Of a DNA stretch of 29,441 bases, positions 1 through 8,223 are shown one piece after another. The notes below the pieces were generated by a model that saw nothing but the letters and a program-made list of their open reading frames with translations, was not told where the DNA came from and ran no database searches. Position 1 is the stretch's first letter; each line of letters starts with the position of its first letter. The position numbers and the translations under genes are program-made. This stretch comes from a virus (lineage: Duplodnaviria; Caudoviricetes). The stretch covers positions 1-29,441 of the IMG/VR virus record IMGVR_UViG_3300032290_000292. The stretch is one strand, 5' to 3'.

Positions 1-1
1 C

Positions 2-427
2 GTGGCGCTGGACAGCATCAGTGAAATAGCTGAGGTTGTGCTGAACCATGAGAAGAAGATCGCAAAGGATCCGCGCCAAGCCTATGGCGCCATGCAGGAG
101 CAGATGGCGGACATTATCCGCGCGTTTCGCGATCTGCCAGGGCGGCATGTGTACATGAGCGCCAAGCTTGAAAAGTCTCAAGACGAAATGGGGCGGATCC
201 TTTACGCCCCCTCGATGCCCGGCAACAAGACTGGCCAGAGCCTGCCCTACTTCTTTGACGAGGTGCTGGCGCTGCGGGTCGAGAAAGACGCCGACGGCAA
301 TACCCAGCGCGCGCTCATGTGCGACTCTGACGGGCTTTGGCTGGCCAAGGACCGTTCGGGCAAGCTTGGGTCTTGGGAAGCGCCTGACCTTGGCGAGATT
401 ATCGCGAAGATCGGGGGTGCGGCATGA
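2..427 (+). CDS. AAA-family ATPase (AAA_24/Sak4-like phage recombination ATPase), 5'-truncated by window edge
   Basis: Begins at a Walker-B-like VALDSISE; YFFDEV and WLAKDRSGKL motifs typical of phage AAA_24 proteins; lies upstream of SSB and nuclease genes. Confidence 0.8.
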   Translation: MALDSISEIAEVVLNHEKKIAKDPRQAYGAMQEQMADIIRAFRDLPGRHVYMSAKLEKSQDEMGRILYAPSMPGNKTGQSLPYFFDEVLALRVEKDADGNTQRALMCDSDGLWLAKDRSGKLGSWEAPDLGEIIAKIGGAA

Positions 428-846
428 GGCCGCAGCCTAAGAATCTTCAACAGCTTTCTTCGCAGTGGATTGAGGCGAAGGAGGCGGAGCGGGAGGCCAC
501 TGAAAAACGGCGTCTGATTGAAGATGAGATGATCCGTTTATTGGAAGTGCAACCGGATGACGAACACACCCGCAAGGTGGAGGCTGATCCCTTCACCATC
601 AAGATTGCCTGCCGCGTCAATCGCAAGGTTGATGGGGACTTGGCGCAAGAGATCGCGGCGGAACATGACATGCAGGACTATCTCGGCCTGCTGTTTCGTT
701 GGAAGCCCGAACTCAGCAAGACCGCGTGGGACGGCGTTGGAGACAACGTGAAGCAAGTCTTCGCCCGCGCAATCACTGCAACCCCCGGGCGTCCTTCTTT
801 CACGATCACGCTGGAAGCCCCCATCTCAAACATGAAGGCAAAGTGA
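424..846 (+). CDS. Conserved phage hypothetical protein of the recombination module
   Basis: ATGA overlap with upstream stop; helical N-terminus; LFRWKPEL and PGRPSFTI motifs. Confidence 0.7.
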   Translation: MRPQPKNLQQLSSQWIEAKEAEREATEKRRLIEDEMIRLLEVQPDDEHTRKVEADPFTIKIACRVNRKVDGDLAQEIAAEHDMQDYLGLLFRWKPELSKTAWDGVGDNVKQVFARAITATPGRPSFTITLEAPISNMKAK

Positions 847-847
847 A

Positions 848-1336
848 ATGGCAAACCTCGGCGAAACCTTTGAAGTCTCCTCGCTCCCGCAGGGCAACAC
901 TGGCAGCTATGACCCGCTGCCTCCGGGCTGGTACTCGGCCACGATGGCGAATGCTGAATTGAAGGCGACGAAGACTGGCACCGGCCAGTATATCGCCATC
1001 CGCTACGACATCACCGGCCCGACCCATCAGGGGCGCGTGGTGTTTGGCAATCTGAACATCCGCAACCCGTCTCCCAAGGCTGAGGAGATTGGGCGCCAGC
1101 AGCTTGGCGACATCTGCCGTGCGATTGGTTTGGCGAAGGTCAGCGACACCGACCAGCTCGTCGGCAACAGCCTGATGATCAAGTTGGATGTCGAGAAGTC
1201 TGCTGAGTACGGCGATAAAAACCAAGTGAAGGGCTTCAAGCCTATCGCTGGCGGTGCGCCGCCCCGCGTTGCGGCTCCTGTTGCGGCGGCGCCTGCCGCC
1301 ACCACGAAGGCCGCGCCCCCTTGGGCGAAGAAGTAA
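848..1336 (+). CDS. DUF669-like putative single-stranded DNA-binding protein
   Basis: YDPLPPGWY, GRVVFGNLNI, NQVKGFK motifs, Ala/Pro tail ending PPWAKK; typical position between AAA ATPase and nuclease. Confidence 0.8.
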   Translation: MANLGETFEVSSLPQGNTGSYDPLPPGWYSATMANAELKATKTGTGQYIAIRYDITGPTHQGRVVFGNLNIRNPSPKAEEIGRQQLGDICRAIGLAKVSDTDQLVGNSLMIKLDVEKSAEYGDKNQVKGFKPIAGGAPPRVAAPVAAAPAATTKAAPPWAKK

Positions 1337-1344
1337 GGCTAATG

Positions 1345-1374
1345 ACCGGGGCGGAAGCGCCCCGGTTTCCTTTT
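1345..1374 (+). terminator. Rho-independent terminator-like hairpin
   Basis: accggggcg-gaag-cgccccggt perfect 9-bp stem followed by ttcctttt, just after the SSB stop. Confidence 0.7.
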
Positions 1375-1384
1375 AGGAGGTTGC

Positions 1385-2410
1385 ATGAAAATCCCTGACC
1401 GCGAAAACACCATTGAAAGCCTGATCGACAAGAGCCACGAGAATAGGCCCAGCAAGCCGCGCCCGCACATGGGCGCCTCAATGCTCGGGAGCGCCTGCGA
1501 GCGTTGGATGTGGCTCTCGTTTCGCTGGGCGGTGCAGCCTAAGTTTCCGGGACGCATCCTGCGCCTGTTTCGCCGGGGACATCAGGAAGAAGAGAACATC
1601 ATCAAAGACCTTCGCGCCATTGGCGTCATGGTGAAGCCTGTAGACACGCAGGACGGTGTGAATTTTGGCTGCCACGTTTCAGGAAGCATCGACGCCGTGA
1701 TTGAAGGCGGCGTGCCTGAGGCCCCGCACAAGCGGCATATTGGTGAGTTTAAGACGCACTCATTGAAATCATTTAACGACGTGGAGGCGAAGGGTGTCCA
1801 AAAATCAAAGCCTGAACATTACGCTCAGATGCAGGTCTACATGCACGGGACCGGGATTGACCGTGCGTTATATGTGGCGGTTTGCAAGGACAACGACCGC
1901 ATGTACACCGAGCGCGTCAGGTATGACAAAGAGGTGGCGGAAAAGCTGGTCGCGCGTGGTCAACGTGTGGCGCTGTCTGAGCGCATGCCGCCGCCTATAT
2001 CAACTGACCCGTCATGGTTTCAGTGTAAATTCTGCGATGCGCATTCTTTCTGCCACGAGACGCAACTGACCCAGCACGTCAATTGCAGGACATGCGCGCA
2101 CTCAACGCCAACCCCTAACAGCACATGGGTTTGCGAACGCCACGAGGCTGAGATTGCGATTGAGTACCAGTATCAGGGGTGCGAGGCGCATACGCTCCAC
2201 CCCGATTTGGTGCCGTGGGCTATGAAAGACAGTGACCATGAATGGACTGCAACGTTCGAAATTGACGGAACGAACGTTCAGAACGGTGAGAACGGTTTCA
2301 GCAGCCAAGAACTGATCGACAACGCCGAAGGCTGCACGAAGCCTATTGTTGAGAAGGTGAAGAATATATGGCCGGGCGCCAAGGTGGTGAAATATGACCC
2401 AACTCCGTGA
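1385..2410 (+). CDS. PD-(D/E)XK exonuclease, Cas4-like with Cys cluster
   Basis: aggagg RBS; GASMLG..C, RGH..E, GSID, EFKT, QMQVYM motifs; CKFC....C completes a Cas4/AddB-type Fe-S ligand set. Confidence 0.85.
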   Translation: MKIPDRENTIESLIDKSHENRPSKPRPHMGASMLGSACERWMWLSFRWAVQPKFPGRILRLFRRGHQEEENIIKDLRAIGVMVKPVDTQDGVNFGCHVSGSIDAVIEGGVPEAPHKRHIGEFKTHSLKSFNDVEAKGVQKSKPEHYAQMQVYMHGTGIDRALYVAVCKDNDRMYTERVRYDKEVAEKLVARGQRVALSERMPPPISTDPSWFQCKFCDAHSFCHETQLTQHVNCRTCAHSTPTPNSTWVCERHEAEIAIEYQYQGCEAHTLHPDLVPWAMKDSDHEWTATFEIDGTNVQNGENGFSSQELIDNAEGCTKPIVEKVKNIWPGAKVVKYDPTP

Positions 2411-3995
2411 CTATCAACGCAAAGCCATCAATGACCTCTACGACTGGTTCTCCGCTGGCAACGCAGGCAACCCCTGCGTTGTCATGCCGACTGGCTCGGG
2501 CAAGAGCCACATCGTGGCGGCGCTCTGTAAGGAGGCCCTGCAAGCGTGGCCTGACCAACAGATCTTGATGCTGACCCATGTAAAGGAGCTGATCGAACAG
2601 AACGCCGAAAAGCTTCGCCAGCACTGGCCCAACGCGCCTATGGGTATCTACTCGGCCAGCATTGGCCAGAAGCATCTTGGCGAGCCCATAACCTTCGCCG
2701 GGATACAATCTATCGGGAAGAAAGTGAAAGATGTTGGCCACGTCGATTTGGTGATCATCGACGAGTGCCACTTGGTCAATCATCGAGAAACTGGGGAATA
2801 CCGCGCCTTCATTGAGGAGCTGACGAAGATTAATCCGGCGCTCCGCGTGGTGGGGTTGACCGCCACGCCATTCAGGCTGGGGCACGGATACATCACCGAC
2901 AAGCCCGCCATGTTTGACGCGCTGCTTGAGCCGGTCAGCATTGAGGAGCTGATCTACAAGGGCTTTTTGGCGCCCCTGCGCAGCAAGCACACGACCGAAA
3001 AGTTGGACGTGTCTGGCGTGAAGAAACGCGGCGGCGAGTACATTGAGAGCGAGTTGCAGGCGGCGGTGGATACCGACGAGAAGAACCGCGCGGTGGTCGA
3101 TGAGGTCATTAGCATGGCCGGTGACCGCAAGGCTTGGTTGTTTTTCTGCGCAGGCGTTGACCATGCCAGGCATGTGGCGATGGTGCTGCGTGAGAAAAAT
3201 ATACCTGCGGCTTGTGTGACCGGCGATACGCCGAAGAAAGAGCGTGAGCAGATCTTGGCCGACTTCAAGGCTGGGCGGTTGCGGGCGCTCACCAACGCCA
3301 ACGTGTTAACGACTGGATTTGACTATCCTGACATTGATTTGATCGCTATGTTGAGGCCAACGATGAGCGCCAGCCTTTATGTTCAGATGGCGGGTCGCGG
3401 CATGAGATTGAAGAGCCACACCGATCATTGCATGGTGCTGGATTTTGCAGGCGTGGTGGCCTCTCATGGGCCAATTACGTCAGTGCAGCCGCCAAAAGCA
3501 CCAAACAGCCGTAGCAGTGACTTCGAGAAAGAAGCGCCTGTCAAAGCCTGTCCTGAATGCCACGAACTGGTGCATCCGAGCGTAAGAAAGTGCCCATCTT
3601 GCGATTATGAGTTTCCTATCAAGCCACCAAAATTGAAGCTTCGTGATGACGACATCATGGGGTTGGACGGAAATGAAATGGAGGTCACCGACTGGCGGTG
3701 GCGCAAGCACATAAGCCGCGCCAGCGGAAAGGAAATGTTGGCGGTGTCGTATTATGGCGGCATCTCGGACCCGGCCATCATTGAGTATTTCCCGGTGACG
3801 CATGAGGGCTATGCGGGGCAGAAGGCGGCGCAGTCAATCTTCAATCTCAGTTGTGCGTCAAAAGCTAAAATCAGTTTGACGGAGACCAACTTGGATGCAA
3901 TGTCGGAGGCGTTGAATACTGGTTTGCCCCCGAAGAGCATTGAATACAAAAGAGACGGAAAGTTCTTCCGCGTTATAAAAAGGAGCTGGGCATGA
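2394..3995 (+). CDS. Superfamily 2 DNA helicase (RadD/YejH-like) with zinc finger
   Basis: LRDYQ, PTGSGKS (Walker A), DECH, TATP, LTTGFD, QMAGRGMR motifs; CPEC..CPSC zinc finger. Confidence 0.92.
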   Translation: MTQLRDYQRKAINDLYDWFSAGNAGNPCVVMPTGSGKSHIVAALCKEALQAWPDQQILMLTHVKELIEQNAEKLRQHWPNAPMGIYSASIGQKHLGEPITFAGIQSIGKKVKDVGHVDLVIIDECHLVNHRETGEYRAFIEELTKINPALRVVGLTATPFRLGHGYITDKPAMFDALLEPVSIEELIYKGFLAPLRSKHTTEKLDVSGVKKRGGEYIESELQAAVDTDEKNRAVVDEVISMAGDRKAWLFFCAGVDHARHVAMVLREKNIPAACVTGDTPKKEREQILADFKAGRLRALTNANVLTTGFDYPDIDLIAMLRPTMSASLYVQMAGRGMRLKSHTDHCMVLDFAGVVASHGPITSVQPPKAPNSRSSDFEKEAPVKACPECHELVHPSVRKCPSCDYEFPIKPPKLKLRDDDIMGLDGNEMEVTDWRWRKHISRASGKEMLAVSYYGGISDPAIIEYFPVTHEGYAGQKAAQSIFNLSCASKAKISLTETNLDAMSEALNTGLPPKSIEYKRDGKFFRVIKRSWA

Positions 3996-4195
3996 GACAC
4001 GAAAAGCCAGAAGAACTGATTGCACATGAAAAAATGATGAAAGAGCTCTTTGACAAGGGGCCTCCCCGGTTTTGCTACAACTGCATGAATTATAGTGGTG
4101 ATGGCCGGTGCGGCGTGTTTGACATGGAGCCTCCCAAGGAGTTCACTCAGGTAGCAAATCAATGCGACGAATGGATTATGGAGCCGCCGTTTTGA
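3992..4195 (+). CDS. Small Cys-rich hypothetical protein
   Basis: ATGA overlap with helicase stop; CYNC...C...C. Confidence 0.65.
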   Translation: MRHEKPEELIAHEKMMKELFDKGPPRFCYNCMNYSGDGRCGVFDMEPPKEFTQVANQCDEWIMEPPF

Positions 4196-4533
4196 CCGAC
4201 AGAATACCTAGCGAACATGAAGAACAACGCGAGGTTGTGAGATGGTTTCGCCAAACTCACAGCCCCGTTCGGATCTTCGCCATACCAAACGGCGGCGCCC
4301 GCAGCATCACCACGGCGGCGAAGCTGAAGGTCGAAGGCGTCAGCCCTGGCGTGCCTGATCTTTATGTTCCAGCCTGGAAACTTTGGGTTGAAATGAAGCG
4401 TGTAAAGGGTGGAGTCGTTGATAAGAGCCAAAAAGATTGGCACGAGTACTTGACCTCCATCGGAGATACCGTCATCGTGTGCCGTGGCGCTGAAGAAGCC
4501 AAGACAATGATTGAACGAGCCAAACCAGTTTAG
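4192..4533 (+). CDS. VRR-NUC domain nuclease (putative Holliday junction resolvase)
   Basis: SEHEEQ, FAIPNGG, GVPDL, WVEMKR, Q..W motifs; TTG start overlapping upstream TGA preferred over the ATG at 4162. Confidence 0.85.
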   Translation: MTDRIPSEHEEQREVVRWFRQTHSPVRIFAIPNGGARSITTAAKLKVEGVSPGVPDLYVPAWKLWVEMKRVKGGVVDKSQKDWHEYLTSIGDTVIVCRGAEEAKTMIERAKPV

Positions 4534-4558
4534 ACCTAGTCCAACGAAAGGAGCGTAA

Positions 4559-4813
4559 ATGCGTTTTGAAATCATCATGAACATGCCCACTAGGGGCGGT
4601 TTTGATAAAATCAGTGAGCCAATTCACCGACTGATCATCGAGCACCCAGCCAAGTCTCTTGAAGAGTTTGTGCATGTACTCATGAACTACGACTTCGTCA
4701 TCGTCGAAGAGTTTTACCCTGACCCAGTTACTAAAGCGTACAAAAGCCATGGGCTGATCGCCATCAACCACCGATACGTCGGAAAAATCAAACAATGGGA
4801 CAGAAAGCAATGA
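4559..4813 (+). CDS. Hypothetical protein
   Basis: aaggag RBS; ATGA coupling to next gene. Confidence 0.7.
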   Translation: MRFEIIMNMPTRGGFDKISEPIHRLIIEHPAKSLEEFVHVLMNYDFVIVEEFYPDPVTKAYKSHGLIAINHRYVGKIKQWDRKQ

Positions 4814-5196
4814 ACCACAAAGATGTGCTCTATAAAGCAGCAGAAACCCTAAATGATCGCGGCGCCAATTATGGCGACATTGAGGACATGTTCTCAGATG
4901 TGGCGCTGATGGCGTCAATTGTGCTTGGTAAAGAGATCACGAAGTATGATGTAACAACTATCATGGAGACCATGAAGCTGCGGAGACGCCGTGCAAACCC
5001 TAAGCTTGCTGATAACTACATCGACAATGTAAACTACACTGCGTTCTCGGCGCAGTTTGCCCTGAACGATACTGAAGGAGAGAAACCCGCTGCCGTGGCA
5101 ACGCAGCCAGTCGATGAGGACCTACCATATGTTCAAGACATCAGCGTACACTTTGACGGGGTTAGCACTACTGTCATCGCCAGCCCTAGCCACTGA
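4810..5196 (+). CDS. DUF6378-like phage protein
   Basis: L..AAETLNDRGANYGD, MKL.R, DNYIDNVNY.A pattern; start placed at ATGA overlap 4810. Confidence 0.7.
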   Translation: MNHKDVLYKAAETLNDRGANYGDIEDMFSDVALMASIVLGKEITKYDVTTIMETMKLRRRRANPKLADNYIDNVNYTAFSAQFALNDTEGEKPAAVATQPVDEDLPYVQDISVHFDGVSTTVIASPSH

Positions 5197-5668
5197 GGAA
5201 GACGCAGGTTCGTTTTGGCGTGAAGAAGCCATGAAGAGCGAATTTGTGAAGCCTGAAAAGGTCGCCGCATCTCAAAAGAAAAGAGTTGTGATTGACCAGA
5301 TCACCACAGTGGTGAGGAAGGAACTGGGCGAACAATGGGTCGCCAGCGCCCTCAAGATCGCGAAGGTTGAGAGCGGCTACAGGTGCAACGCCAGGGGGCC
5401 CAAGACCCGTCATGGCCACGCAAAGGGGGTCTTTCAATTGATCGACTCATCGGCGCGAACCTTGGGATTTGACCCCGGTAAAATGTACGATTGCAATGAG
5501 AATATCGCAGCAGGCGTCGCTCACATGAAGGTCTGCATCTCGTATGGCGTGAAGGACCCGCGTGGGATGGCCGCCTGCCACGTCGCTGGCTGGAACCATT
5601 GGAACGTGAAGCTTGCGCGTCAGCATGAAAGGTACAAGCAGCGTTACATCAACATGGCGACAGCCTAG
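5129..5668 (+). CDS. Secreted lytic transglycosylase (SLT domain)
   Basis: Signal peptide MFKTSAYTLTGLALLSSPALA; IAKVESGY (catalytic Glu), AKGVFQLI, ENIAAG motifs; gagga RBS before ATG 5129. Confidence 0.8.
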   Translation: MFKTSAYTLTGLALLSSPALATEEDAGSFWREEAMKSEFVKPEKVAASQKKRVVIDQITTVVRKELGEQWVASALKIAKVESGYRCNARGPKTRHGHAKGVFQLIDSSARTLGFDPGKMYDCNENIAAGVAHMKVCISYGVKDPRGMAACHVAGWNHWNVKLARQHERYKQRYINMATA

Positions 5669-5671
5669 CGA

Positions 5672-5691
5672 GGGGGAGCTTCGGCTCCCCC
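5672..5691 (+). terminator. Stable stem-loop (cUUCGg tetraloop), possible terminator or mRNA stabiliser
   Basis: gggggagc-ttcg-gctccccc perfect 8-bp stem after SLT stop; weak U tract. Confidence 0.55.
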
Positions 5692-5710
5692 ATTACCTAA
5701 CGAGCCCAAC

Positions 5711-5896
5711 ATGAAGGAAAGGAATAACGACATAATGAGCCTGCGGTGGTGGTCATGCCGCTATATCACCAACAATGACATGAGTCGGCCCAGATATTGC
5801 TGTGAAAGGATAGTGAAGGGGTCGTATTGCAAGCAGCATGCGAAATTGTGCTACCTCCCTTCGAAGAAAAACGATTTGTTAAGGAGTACCGAGTAA
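5711..5896 (+). CDS. GcrA cell-cycle regulator C-terminal-domain-like protein
   Basis: IMSL...SCRYI...RYC...GSYCKQHAKLCY matches the GcrA C-terminal pattern L.DL...CRWP...FCG...PYC..H...AY; no N-terminal HTH. Confidence 0.7.
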   Translation: MKERNNDIMSLRWWSCRYITNNDMSRPRYCCERIVKGSYCKQHAKLCYLPSKKNDLLRSTE

Positions 5897-5926
5897 GTTG
5901 TTCTTGCAACACAAGAGGAACGCGGT

Positions 5927-6205
5927 ATGATTCAGAACAAACTTAGAGCAACCCGAGACCAGATCGACCCGGAGTACGCCCCTGGCGTGAAGAAGATCCT
6001 CATCAATCCTGACGGCCCCGAGGCCGCCGACTACATTCAGAACATGATCCAGCACATGGGCTATGTTGTGAAGATCGCCCTTGAGAACATTGAGGACGAA
6101 GCAACCAGAAAGCAGATAGAGGCGCACGCATATGCCGCAATCAAAGGAGCCCAAAATGAGAATGGCGCAGTATTGGGAAGCGCAAGAAAACCGCTGGCAC
6201 GATAA
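5927..6205 (+). CDS. Hypothetical protein
   Basis: gagga RBS; INPDGPEAADYI motif. Confidence 0.65.
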   Translation: MIQNKLRATRDQIDPEYAPGVKKILINPDGPEAADYIQNMIQHMGYVVKIALENIEDEATRKQIEAHAYAAIKGAQNENGAVLGSARKPLAR

Positions 6206-6386
6206 ATATGTCGAGGCCGAAGGGCGGGTGGATCAGCTTGAGAACAAGATCTGGGAGCAGGCGAGCCGGATTGAATTTCTGGAGGGAGCGCTACGGCAGA
6301 TCGTCAAGGTTAACAACAAGCGAGATCGTTACAGTAGCGAGATAGATGGTATCGTCATTGCTGCATTGGGAGAGAATAATGTCTGA
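6156..6386 (+). CDS. Small coiled-coil protein carrying the RIE.LE.AL motif
   Basis: aaggag RBS before ATG 6156; SRIEFLEGALRQIV. Confidence 0.65.
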   Translation: MRMAQYWEAQENRWHDKYVEAEGRVDQLENKIWEQASRIEFLEGALRQIVKVNNKRDRYSSEIDGIVIAALGENNV

Positions 6387-6894
6387 TGCTCTTATGGACC
6401 TCCACAACCATTACAAGGCCGTCAGGGCGCGTTTGAATGGTGGGCCGCCACCCAAGCCTCAGCCACTACCTGAACCCGAGCCAGAAGCCGTCCCTGAGCC
6501 TCCTGTGACGCCTCCACTGACAGCTCTGGCTGCGGCGCCAATGCCAGAGATCATCAGGGGCCTGCGCAGCACGGCTGAGGTGAAGGAGAAGATCCTGCCG
6601 ATCCTTGAGAGGCACCAGATCAGCTGGAAGGATGCGGCTGGCAAGTCTCAAATGTGGAAGTACACGAAGTGCCGCTTTGAGATCTACGTCAAGCTTTACG
6701 CTCATGGGTGGTCCCTGAGCCAGATCGGGCGCCTGTGCGGCGATCGAGATCACACAACGGTGCTGAACGGGATCAGGAAATTTATCAAGGAGAACCTGAC
6801 TGAAGAAGAGATTGAGGTCTGCCAGGCCGCAGGCATGAGGCCGGTGGATTATTGGGAGGGCAAAACGCTGCTTAGGGAGATGCGCGGTGGCTGA
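6379..6894 (+). CDS. DnaA domain IV (C-terminal HTH)-containing protein without AAA+ domain
   Basis: WSLSQIGRLCGDRDHTTVLNGIRK matches the DnaA signature SL..IG..FG.RDHTTV.HA; preceded by Pro/Glu linker; ggaga RBS before ATG 6379. Confidence 0.8.
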   Translation: MSDALMDLHNHYKAVRARLNGGPPPKPQPLPEPEPEAVPEPPVTPPLTALAAAPMPEIIRGLRSTAEVKEKILPILERHQISWKDAAGKSQMWKYTKCRFEIYVKLYAHGWSLSQIGRLCGDRDHTTVLNGIRKFIKENLTEEEIEVCQAAGMRPVDYWEGKTLLREMRGG

Positions 6895-7264
6895 GACGAT
6901 CCAGCAGCTTCGCGACCGCATCGCAGAGCTTGAGGAAGAAGTGCGCCAGCTTCGTGAAGACATGGCGCAGACAGATGCTACATTCTTACACTTCCTCAGC
7001 AAGAACCAGATGAAGCTCTTGATGGGCATATATAGCCGCCCGGTTGCTGACTACGCCTATCTCGACAGGCTTACTGAGCAGGGTGACAGCTACAACCGAT
7101 ATACTGACATCAATCACGAATCGTTACGCAACAGGGTTTCGATTTGGAAGCTGCGCCAGAAAATGCGGGAGTACGGCATCGAGATCAAAACGTGGCGCGG
7201 CATTGGCTACTATTTGGATGATGAGAATAAGGCCAAACTGAAGCAATTGATGGAGGAAAAATGA
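6887..7264 (+). CDS. OmpR/PhoB-type winged-helix DNA-binding protein (CtrA-like output domain) with N-terminal coiled coil, no receiver domain
   Basis: LSKNQMKLL, VSIWKLRQKM, IKTWRGIGYYL match Trans_reg_C (CtrA-type VFICKLRKKL...IETVWGRGYVL). Confidence 0.75.
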   Translation: MAETIQQLRDRIAELEEEVRQLREDMAQTDATFLHFLSKNQMKLLMGIYSRPVADYAYLDRLTEQGDSYNRYTDINHESLRNRVSIWKLRQKMREYGIEIKTWRGIGYYLDDENKAKLKQLMEEK

Positions 7265-7482
7265 TGACAACAAAAATCCCTTTCATCGTCCACTGCGGCG
7301 ACTGCAATTACGAATGGCCTGCTTTCTGGTCCCCCATGCCGTTCAGTGACGCGGCGGAAATAGTAGAGTCGCTTCGGTGCCCCATGTGCGCGGCGGATGG
7401 TATGAGGATTTTCTGCGGCCCAGCACATGTAGATGAAATTAACACATCCTCAGAACGTGTTAAAAATAACGGAGAAACTTAA
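7261..7482 (+). CDS. Zinc-ribbon hypothetical protein
   Basis: CGDC...CPMC; ggagg RBS; ATGA overlap. Confidence 0.65.
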   Translation: MMTTKIPFIVHCGDCNYEWPAFWSPMPFSDAAEIVESLRCPMCAADGMRIFCGPAHVDEINTSSERVKNNGET

Positions 7483-7483
7483 C

Positions 7484-7714
7484 ATGAGCGATGATCTTGT
7501 GAAGCGGTTGCGGTTTGGCGTTGCTCTAGATGAACAGGGTGATGTGTCTTGGTGCAATCAGGAAGCTATGTTCAAAGCCGCCGACCGCATTGAGAAGCTG
7601 GAGGCGGCGTTGCTGGTAATCGAAGGGATGTTGAGTGAACGTCTGCCATCTGCCGAAAAGTGCGAAATGGCCTGCGAATACGTCAGAGGGATAGAGTATG
7701 ACCGAACTCGTTGA
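7484..7714 (+). CDS. Small phage protein, MSDDLVKRLR...AADRIEKLEAAL family
   Basis: ggag RBS before ATG 7484; contains the repeat motif. Confidence 0.7.
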   Translation: MSDDLVKRLRFGVALDEQGDVSWCNQEAMFKAADRIEKLEAALLVIEGMLSERLPSAEKCEMACEYVRGIEYDRTR

Positions 7715-8012
7715 TCTAAATTCGAGACGTGCGCCCGTTGTTTACACCGTGACCATCGCGCATCATTACGATGGAAACCTTGAATTTCTCATTGAAGATG
7801 TGGGCGATGACGAGCGTAGTCGAGAAGCGGTGTTTCATGCGTTTCGTCGCATCTCTGGTGCGGAAGACCGCATCGAGAAGCTGGAGGCGGTTACAAAGGA
7901 TGATGCTAGATGGCTGGCTGCATACCATAAGTGGTGCGAGATGAACGGGTGCGCCCCATCGTCATCCGATCTGATCGCAGCAAGAGAAGCACTGGAGGGG
8001 AAAGATGAGTGA
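7698..8012 (+). CDS. Small phage protein with DRIEKLEA and AREALEGKDE motifs
   Basis: gagggg RBS; both shared repeats present. Confidence 0.7.
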   Translation: MTELVDLNSRRAPVVYTVTIAHHYDGNLEFLIEDVGDDERSREAVFHAFRRISGAEDRIEKLEAVTKDDARWLAAYHKWCEMNGCAPSSSDLIAAREALEGKDE

Positions 8013-8223
8013 CAATGTAATTCCGCTCGGGAATATAACTCGTTTGAATTTGCCGACAGACAGAGTTCTGGACGCAGCTAAAGGTTCCTGTTCAGATGGC
8101 GTTGTCATTCTTGGATGGAGCGACGACGGCAATTTCTACTTTTCTTCCAGTATAGCTGATGGGGGAACTATTATATGGCTCATGGAGATGGCAAAGAAAA
8201 AACTTTTGGAGGTTGGACAATGA
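8005..8223 (+). CDS. Conserved phage hypothetical protein
   Basis: Starts inside the junction repeat; VVILGW..DG.FYFSSS..DGG..IWL.E.AK. Confidence 0.7.
   Translation: MSDNVIPLGNITRLNLPTDRVLDAAKGSCSDGVVILGWSDDGNFYFSSSIADGGTIIWLMEMAKKKLLEVGQ

Noticed and set aside
1385-2410. CRISPR-Cas system suggested by the Cas4-like nuclease
   Set aside because: No other cas genes or repeat-spacer array; context is an ordinary phage recombination module
2343-3173. Long antisense ORFs such as 2343-3173, 16388-17005 and 19168-19746
   Set aside because: They are shadows of well-supported genes on the opposite strand in GC-rich DNA, with no recognisable motifs
7439-7483. Canonical CtrA box TTAA-N7-TTAA
   Set aside because: TTAA half-sites at 7439, 7460 and 7479 are not 7 nt apart; kept only as a weak operator candidate
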